Source: Clostridiales bacterium
Lineage (GTDB): Bacteria; Bacillota; Clostridia; Saccharofermentanales; Saccharofermentanaceae
Direction of reading: 5' to 3'
Length of the DNA stretch: 64,000 bases
Assembly: GCA_017620475.1 (NCBI GenBank)
Contig: JAFZQI010000021.1
Span: 3,063-67,062, forward strand
In this document: piece by piece, positions 35,177 to 41,486 of the stretch
Position numbering within the stretch: the first letter of the stretch is position 1
Layout of the letters: the number at the start of each line of letters is the position of its first letter
Notes under the pieces: generated by a model
Databases searched by the model: none
Told to the model about the DNA's origin: nothing
Seen by the model: only the letters and a program-made list of their open reading frames with translations
Position numbers and translations under genes: made by a program

Positions 35177-35236
35177 AACTTCGCTCCAGTTTCGCTCAAA
35201 TGTCAAAAAAAGCGAAATCTGAGCGAAGTTCTTTTG
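35177..35236. repeat. Nested inverted repeat (10 + 7 bp stems)
   Basis: AACTTCGCTC-cag-TTTCGCT-(14 nt)-AGCGAAA-tct-GAGCGAAGTT is followed by CTTTTG. Two more TTCGCTC copies lie just upstream, at 35151 and about 35170. Confidence 0.7.
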
Positions 35237-35269
35237 CCGACGAGGAAAATTCCACCTGATAAAGCAAAA

Positions 35270-35403
35270 GCAGGCAGCGGGTTCACCGCAGAAGTCACCG
35301 GATTTGACATTTTGGTGACAGATTTGGTGAAGGTTTACCTGACGAAGCAGCGGTGGGCAGCAGGTTCACCGCAAATGTCACCAAATTTGATATTTTGGTG
35401 ACA
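35270..35403. repeat. Two ~50-bp direct repeats, each carrying a GTCACC-N14-GGTGAC palindrome (operator-like)
   Basis: Copy 1 has GTCACC at 35294-35299 and GGTGAC at 35314-35319. Copy 2 has GTCACCAAA at 35377-35385 and TTTGGTGAC at 35394-35402. The flanking GGTTCACCGCA sequence is conserved in both copies. Confidence 0.8.
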
Positions 35404-35482
35404 TTTAAGTGAGATACCGCCGGCAGGGATAGACTATAATGTACTTACCGGGGAGCAGAATGAACCGAAATGGCTGACCGAA

Positions 35483-35818
35483 ATGAAAGATCGGGGATGG
35501 TTGACGGAAATGAAAGATATTGCGACGAAGATACGTGTTTTCCTTGAGGGGGTTATTATCTGGTGCGGCGGGGTCTCGTTCTGGGCAGCGCTGACTCTCG
35601 TATTCCAGTCACTTCTGGACGGGAATAAAATCGTGGACTCGAGCATGATCATGGTGATTCTGGCGATCCTCATTGGCGCGCTGGTGATCTGGGTGCTTTA
35701 TTCTCATCGAAAAGAACTGGATAACCGGATTTCGACGTGGCTTTTTATTCTTCTGAACGCCATTCCGTTTGCCCTGGTGGCACAGTTTATTTGGATCTTC
35801 TGCCATTCATTTGATTGA
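35483..35818 (+). CDS. Small hypothetical membrane protein (about 3 TM helices)
   Basis: The 111-codon ORF has hydrophobic segments. An alternative ATG at 35510 lies in a duplicated 18-bp context. No family was recognised. Confidence 0.5.
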   Translation: MKDRGWLTEMKDIATKIRVFLEGVIIWCGGVSFWAALTLVFQSLLDGNKIVDSSMIMVILAILIGALVIWVLYSHRKELDNRISTWLFILLNAIPFALVAQFIWIFCHSFD

Positions 35819-35920
35819 AGGTTAGCATTCGGAGAAGATTGCTTGATCAAATTGATTAGGAGTTGGAAAAGATTGCTTGATCAAACCCAACAGCATTATT
35901 GTCCGCAAGGCGACACCAAA

Positions 35921-35949
35921 TTGACATAACCCAAGCAATTCATTATACT
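35921..35949 (+). promoter_or_regulatory. Sigma-70/SigA-type promoter upstream of proS
   Basis: TTGACA (35921-35926), a 17-nt spacer and TATACT (35944-35949) lie about 115 nt upstream of the proS ATG. Confidence 0.6.
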
Positions 35950-36064
35950 TTTGTGTGCTATATTATATGCGCGCGTGCATGACGGCGGGGAGTGGGAGTC
36001 GTTGACGATTCCGATAATTGGCCGCATCGGGACACGCGGCAATAGAAATTGTGAGGAATCAATC

Positions 36065-37774
36065 ATGCGAGTATCTAAGCTTTTCATGTCTACCCAGAGA
36101 GAGGTCCCCTCAGATGCCGAGATCGTGAGTCATCAGCTCATGCTGCGTGCGGGCCTGATGCGTAAGGCCGCTGCCGGAATCTATTCTTATATGCCGATGG
36201 GCTACCGTGCCTATCGTAAGGTCGAAGCGATCGTCCGTGAGGAGATGGACCGCGCCGGCGCACAGGAACTGATCATGCCGGCTGTCCTTCCTGCCGAGAC
36301 CTACATGGCTTCCGGCCGTTGGGAGAAGTTCGGTCCGGAGATGTTCCGTCTCAAGGATCGCGGCGGACGTCAGTTCTGCTTGGGCCCAACACATGAAGAG
36401 CCTTTCACCGAAGCCGTTCGCGACACGATCCGTTCGTACCGTCAGCTTCCGGTTACTCTGTATCAGATCCAGCATAAGTACCGTGACGAGAAGCGTTCGA
36501 GATTCGGCGTGGTTCGTTCCCGTGAGTTCGTCATGAAAGATGCATACAGCTTTGACGTGGATGAGGCCGGATTGGATAAGTCCTATCTCATTATGAAGGA
36601 TGCGTACTGCAAGATCTTCGACCGCTGCAACCTTGACTACATTCTTGTTGATGCGGACTCCGGCGCAATGGGCGGTTCCGGTTCTCAGGAGTTTATGGTG
36701 AAGTCTTCTGTCGGTGAGGACGCGATTGCGTACTGCCCGGCTTGTGATTATGCCGCTAATGAGGAAAAAGCACCGTGCCCGAAGGTGGAAGCTCCTAAGG
36801 ATTTCGAGATGCTCGCTATGGAAAAGATCGAGACACCTCATGTTAAGACCATTGAAGAACTCATGGAGTTCATGCACTCTGAGCCGACTGCTTTTGCAAA
36901 GACGATCCTTTACAACATCGATGGTAAGATCGTAGCCGTTATGGTTCGCGGTGATAGAGAAATCAACGAGACCAAGCTCGGTAACCTCTTTGATGCGACG
37001 GAAATGAATCTTGCTTCCTTTGAGGAAGTTGAACGCGTAACCGGCGCGGCTGTTGGCTTTGCCGGTCCTGTTGGCCTGAAGGAGAAGGTAGAGGTCATCG
37101 CTGATTTTGAAGTGACCGCGATGCAGAACTTCATCGTCGGCGCAAACGAGACCGACTATCACTTCAAGAATGTTAACCTCGGCCGTGACTTTACTCCGGA
37201 CCGCGTAGTGGATATCCGCTGTGCTGTAGAAGGCGATCCGTGCCCGAAGTGTGGCAAGCCGATGGCAATGTGCCGCGGAATCGAAGTTGGTCACATTTTC
37301 AAACTCGGCACAAAGTACTCCGATGCACTCCACTGCATCTACCTCGACAAAGACGGTAAAGAAAACTCCATGATCATGGGCTGCTACGGTATTGGTGTTT
37401 CCAGAACACTGGCCGCGATCATCGAGCAGCACTACGATGAAAACGGTATTATCTGGCCGATGGCGGTTGCTCCGTATCAGGTTATCGTGGTTCCGACCAC
37501 ATCTCAGGATGAGGCGGTAGTAAAGATGGCTGAAGAGATTCATGACGCTCTTGAGAAGAAGGGTATTGAGGTTCTGATCGACGATAGAGAAGAGCGCGCA
37601 GGTGTTAAGTTCAAGGATGCCGATCTTATCGGTTTCCCGATCCGCATCACCGTCGGCAGAAAGGCAGCAGAAGGTAAGGTTGAGTATAAGCTCCGCGCCG
37701 GATCTGAAGTGCTCGAGATGACTGCGGACGAAGCTGTTGCTGCAGCGCTTAAGGAGATTGAGAACTCGCTCTGA
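36065..37774 (+). CDS. proS: Prolyl-tRNA synthetase (bacterial type with editing domain)
   Basis: The start [31 protein letters not shown] is at 36065. Class II aaRS motifs and the ProRS pattern run throughout the 569-aa product. Confidence 0.95.
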   Translation: MRVSKLFMSTQREVPSDAEIVSHQLMLRAGLMRKAAAGIYSYMPMGYRAYRKVEAIVREEMDRAGAQELIMPAVLPAETYMASGRWEKFGPEMFRLKDRGGRQFCLGPTHEEPFTEAVRDTIRSYRQLPVTLYQIQHKYRDEKRSRFGVVRSREFVMKDAYSFDVDEAGLDKSYLIMKDAYCKIFDRCNLDYILVDADSGAMGGSGSQEFMVKSSVGEDAIAYCPACDYAANEEKAPCPKVEAPKDFEMLAMEKIETPHVKTIEELMEFMHSEPTAFAKTILYNIDGKIVAVMVRGDREINETKLGNLFDATEMNLASFEEVERVTGAAVGFAGPVGLKEKVEVIADFEVTAMQNFIVGANETDYHFKNVNLGRDFTPDRVVDIRCAVEGDPCPKCGKPMAMCRGIEVGHIFKLGTKYSDALHCIYLDKDGKENSMIMGCYGIGVSRTLAAIIEQHYDENGIIWPMAVAPYQVIVVPTTSQDEAVVKMAEEIHDALEKKGIEVLIDDREERAGVKFKDADLIGFPIRITVGRKAAEGKVEYKLRAGSEVLEMTADEAVAAALKEIENSL

Positions 37775-37857
37775 TAAGAGTTTGGATTGGATCGAGAATG
37801 CTATCTGATAAGCATTTGGATTGGATCGAGAACGCTATCCGATAAGCATTTGAATTG
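37771..37857. repeat. 34-bp tandem repeat, about 2.6 copies, beginning at the proS stop codon
   Basis: CTGATAAGAGTTTGGATTGGATCGAGAATGCTAT (37771-37804) and CTGATAAGCATTTGGATTGGATCGAGAACGCTAT (37805-37838) are followed by a partial copy at 37839-37857. Confidence 0.9.
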
Positions 37858-37915
37858 TGCGTGTTCATAATCGGGAAGTATTTCTTGCCGAGTGATCCTG
37901 AGCAAAGTGTTTTTG

Positions 37916-38100
37916 ACTTCCCGGCTTACCAAATCCCCGTTTGAGGGTGTTTGGTCAGTCGGGAAATCGCATCTTTATAGAGATACAGCATACCAACAGT
38001 CCCGAAAATCAGGATCTGGTCAGCCAAATGGCAGAACTACAGTACTTTTCGAGAAGAAGGCAGCATACCAAATCATTGATTTTGAGGCGTTTGGTCAGTC
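37916..38100. repeat. Three imperfect hairpin units of the ACCAAA...TTTGGTCAG repeat family
   Basis: Units begin near 37924 (GCTTACCAAA...TTTGGTCAGTC), 37987 (GCATACCAAC...TGGTCAGCC) and 38062 (GCATACCAAA...TTTGGTCAGTC). The first is flanked by TTCCCG and CGGGAA, which extend the stem. Confidence 0.65.
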
Positions 38101-38230
38101 ACGGTGTAGATACGGGCGGTGCAGAAGCCAACCCGCTAGCGACAGACAGACGAGAGCTTTGTTAAAACTGAGCGACAGATAAATCTGTTTGAAATCTGAG
38201 CGCCAGATAGAACGAAAGATCTGTTTGAAA

Positions 38231-39874
38231 TCAGGCGGCCTGCTCTTCAAACCAGGGTTCTACGGATTCGCTGTTGACCGGGAAGGTGAAGTAGGTGTCC
38301 GGGAAGGGCTCGTTTTCAAGAGTGAAGTGCCACCATTCCTCCTCAAGCGGTTTGAAGCCGTGCTTGAGCATGACATCTCGTAGCAGCATGCGGTTAGCGT
38401 ACTGTTCTTCAGTGATATCCGTGTAATCCGAATGGCTGAGTTCCCCGAAATAGTCGAAGGTGCCGCCCATATCCACTTCTTTCTCCGTCTTCATATCAAA
38501 GAGAGTCAGATCGACGGTGCTTCCGCGGCTGTGGCCGGAGTGTTCGGCGATATAGCCCTGCGGGAAAAGGACATCCTTTTCGAGCTCCGGATAGAAGTAT
38601 TCCTTCATTCTCGTATCGTCCATATCCTGAGCCCAGGCCACAAAGTGGGAAACCGCGCACTGCGGACGATAGGCATCGTAGATCTTCAGGCGGTAGCCCA
38701 TCTCACGCAGTTCATCGCTGACTTCTTTAAGTGCCAGCGCGGCTTCTTTCGTTAGGAAAGCTTCCGGCTCCTCGTATCCGTTGATTCGGTCCCCAATGAA
38801 ATTGTAGGTGGAGTAGTAGCGGATCTCCAGGATCGCATCCGGAACAACATCCGTGATGGCCACGAAATCAGAAGCGTCATCGGAGAGCTTAACACCGTCC
38901 TCGGAGACGGTGATATGATCCTCCGGTGTTTTTTCAAGGTGATCTTTAGTATCGATGATGACGACACAGTCTTCCTTTACATTCTGCATGATCAGTTTCA
39001 TGATGTTTTCCGGCACGGCCACGCAGCCTCCTGTGTAGGGGTTGACCGGACCGAGGCAATGCATGAAAATGGCAGAACCGCGGCCTGGGGTACCTTCCTC
39101 GTTGAAACTGATATTCAGGCAGTACTGATACTGGTATTCATAATCCGTGATGTGCTCACTATTCGTCAGATCCAGATCCGGATAGTCTTTGATATCGACC
39201 ATCTCGTTATAGTGCATGCCATCGCGCTCATCACCGGACCAGTAGGTATCATCCGTGACCTTGATATAGGACAGGGCACAGCCCGGGTCATCGGCGATAC
39301 CAAAGGCTTTGTTGAACCGGTACACTCCGATCGGCGTCTGTCCGCAGCCCTCTTTGTGGTCGGCGTCTGGACAAAGTCCGTTCTTCCCGACATAAGCGGG
39401 CGTACTGAGGATCTGTTTCCAGTTACCGTCCGCATCTTTCTCGTGAAGCGAGACCGTCGCGGTGGTCTTATCCGTGTCCTGCGCGCTGACAACGAGGATC
39501 TGTGTCGCGGAAGCCTCGTTTGAGACCAGTCGCTTGACCCAGTCAGGTGAATCGGTCACATGCTGTGTCGAAGAGTGAATGTCATTTGAAGGAGAATCCT
39601 CTGACCCGGAAGAAGAGCCGTTTCCTGCGGAAAAACCGTCAGTAGGGGAAGAACCGTCCTTAGCGGTTGAGTCGTTCGTGTCGGAAGATTCGTCCGCGTC
39701 AAAAGAACTATCCGACGTGGAGTCTGTGTCTTTTGCCGCGGAAGCAGATGCGGCGATTGTGTACCCGTCCGGTCCGTCCTTTGCCGACTCGGCTTTTAGC
39801 CCGCATCCGCAAAGTGATGTGGTAATCGCTGCGGTCATGGCTAAGCAGAGCATTTTCTTGATTTTCTGATTCAT
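38231..39874 (-). CDS. Lipoprotein fusing an L,D-transpeptidase (YkuD) domain to a VanX/DdpX-like D-Ala-D-Ala dipeptidase (M15) domain
   Basis: A lipobox (SLCGCG) and a Ser/Asp-rich linker precede a YkuD motif (IFMHC...YTGGCVAV). The C-terminal half carries VanX-family motifs (IRYYSTYNF.G, YDAYRPQ, HSRGSTVDLTL, EWWHF). Confidence 0.85.
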   Translation of the reverse strand: MNQKIKKMLCLAMTAAITTSLCGCGLKAESAKDGPDGYTIAASASAAKDTDSTSDSSFDADESSDTNDSTAKDGSSPTDGFSAGNGSSSGSEDSPSNDIHSSTQHVTDSPDWVKRLVSNEASATQILVVSAQDTDKTTATVSLHEKDADGNWKQILSTPAYVGKNGLCPDADHKEGCGQTPIGVYRFNKAFGIADDPGCALSYIKVTDDTYWSGDERDGMHYNEMVDIKDYPDLDLTNSEHITDYEYQYQYCLNISFNEEGTPGRGSAIFMHCLGPVNPYTGGCVAVPENIMKLIMQNVKEDCVVIIDTKDHLEKTPEDHITVSEDGVKLSDDASDFVAITDVVPDAILEIRYYSTYNFIGDRINGYEEPEAFLTKEAALALKEVSDELREMGYRLKIYDAYRPQCAVSHFVAWAQDMDDTRMKEYFYPELEKDVLFPQGYIAEHSGHSRGSTVDLTLFDMKTEKEVDMGGTFDYFGELSHSDYTDITEEQYANRMLLRDVMLKHGFKPLEEEWWHFTLENEPFPDTYFTFPVNSESVEPWFEEQAA

Positions 39875-39933
39875 AATGTCACCCCCTGATTATTTGTCAG
39901 AATAATAGATTTCCGCAAGTTCTGCAAATGAGT

Positions 39934-40045
39934 CTGCGATTAAATGATTCTCGCGATGCCCGAGATAAGAACTTGCGATTAAGTGTTTCTCGCGATGTCC
40001 TAAGAACAGAACCTGCGGTATAGTGCTTTTTGCGCAGAAAGAAAT
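39934..40045. repeat. Degenerate ~38-40-bp tandem repeat, about 3 copies, between araC-family gene end and the transpeptidase gene start
   Basis: CTGCGATTAAATGATTCTCGCGATGCCC... (39934), CTTGCGATTAAGTGTTTCTCGCGATGTCC... (39972) and a more diverged third unit at 40013. Confidence 0.6.
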
Positions 40046-40899
40046 CAATCTCCCGCAAGATTCTTCTTCTTTGACTCCTCAAGAAGCCTGGCCAGTTCTT
40101 CCTCGGTGTGCTCCACGGGAAGGGAAGCACCCTGCTTGGTCTTGCTGTCTTTGGGAAAAGCTCTGTGGAAGTTCTGTTTTCTGTATTCTTCCGGTGTCAG
40201 CCCCGTCTGCTTCTTGAAGGCCTGGATGAAATGGCTCTGCGTCGAGAAGGAGAGGAACTGGGAAATCGAAAGACACGAGTAATCCGAGTGCTTCAGCATA
40301 TGTTTCGCCGCATCGATCTTTTTCAATCGGATAAAATCACTGACAGATACGCCGGTCTCCTTTTTGAATAGTTTGGAGAAGTAGGCGTCATTCAGACCGA
40401 GATATTCAGACAGCTCCGGTACGAGGATACGGTCCTGAAGATGGCTGTATATATACTCGATTGCGCGGACGACATGTTTGCTGAAAATGTTGTCGAGACG
40501 AAGAGCCCGCATCCTGGTGCAGTAGTCTTCGATGCACTGCTGCTGGATCGCATCGAGCTGGGAGGTCGTCGTGGCGGCATCGCATTTCTGTATATAGATG
40601 TCGGAAAGGGAATAGGAGGTCTCCACGTCCATGCCGTAGTTGATACAGTAGCGGGAGATCATCGCGATGGAAATGATAAGGTGATACCGCACATTCCGGA
40701 GACGATCAGGGGAGAGCGTGCCCACGCCGCGGAGCTCGGAGATGTGATATTCTCTGACCTGGCGCATGACTTCTTCGAGCTGACCGGTCGCGACTAGATC
40801 ATAAAAGTCGAATTCATGCTCGTAAGAGGATCGTACCATCAGGCGCTCTCTCTGCATGAAAAGCAGCCGCTGCAGTTCTTTGTTTACATCGTGATCCAT
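40045..40899 (-). CDS. AraC-family transcriptional regulator
   Basis: The C-terminal double helix-turn-helix pattern (...YFSKLFKKETG.S..DF...KI..AK..L......I..FL.F..QSHF...FKK.TG.TP..YR) is present, with a GGGAGGAG RBS. Confidence 0.85.
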   Translation of the reverse strand: MDHDVNKELQRLLFMQRERLMVRSSYEHEFDFYDLVATGQLEEVMRQVREYHISELRGVGTLSPDRLRNVRYHLIISIAMISRYCINYGMDVETSYSLSDIYIQKCDAATTTSQLDAIQQQCIEDYCTRMRALRLDNIFSKHVVRAIEYIYSHLQDRILVPELSEYLGLNDAYFSKLFKKETGVSVSDFIRLKKIDAAKHMLKHSDYSCLSISQFLSFSTQSHFIQAFKKQTGLTPEEYRKQNFHRAFPKDSKTKQGASLPVEHTEEELARLLEESKKKNLAGD

Positions 40900-41281
40900 A
40901 AAAGTCTCCTCCCATCGTTAGTTTGATACCGCTTTATCCACGAAAAAATGATGCTTCTCAAAGTGGTTACGAAGTGATGCTGCGCGAAAAGCGAGCATGA
41001 AAGGCAGAAAATGACCATAAATAATTCTGATTATATTTCTTTCGTAAAATAATAATCTTATGCCAGTATTATGACATAAAGTGCAAATATTTGGTATCGT
41101 ATTTTCTGAAAAGAGATAGAATATAATCAAGTAGGGGGCGGTGTGAACAGACAACCCCAATGCCTCCGTTAGAGAAAGTTTGCCATCTTTCTGACGCACA
41201 CAGCTCTAGCCCCCACGCTTGTTGACAACTTCTTGCATTTTTTATGACATACTTTTAGTGCAGGAAACTATTTCATCACTA

Positions 41282-41317
41282 GATCCCGCCGCGATGAACG
41301 GCGGGATCGATTTTTTT
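41282..41317 (+). terminator. Orphan plus-strand Rho-independent terminator with no annotated plus-strand gene upstream
   Basis: GATCCCGCCG (41282-41291) and CGGCGGGATC (41299-41308) form a 10-bp GC-rich stem, followed by GATTTTTTT. Confidence 0.75.
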
Positions 41318-41486
41318 CTTAAGGAAAAATGATTTTTATTTCACTGAAATCTTAACAGAAAGACAATAATTTTGATATAAAAATTGAAAAATGATATGCA
41401 AACGGATATTCATTGCCCTGGTGGACGAATACATTTGTCCTGATGAACGGAGAAATCAGCCGAGTCCGAAGATCGTACCGTGGCGA

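Noticed and set aside
35950-36064. T-box riboswitch expected upstream of proS.
   Set aside because: The leader is only ~115 nt, and I could not find the conserved T-box sequence (AAnnnGGGTGGTACCGCG-like) or a terminator/antiterminator pair.
40918-41199. A 93-codon minus-strand ORF in the AraC/feoB intergenic region.
   Set aside because: It has no RBS and odd composition. It overlaps the region that looks like structured or non-coding sequence, and I recognise no family.
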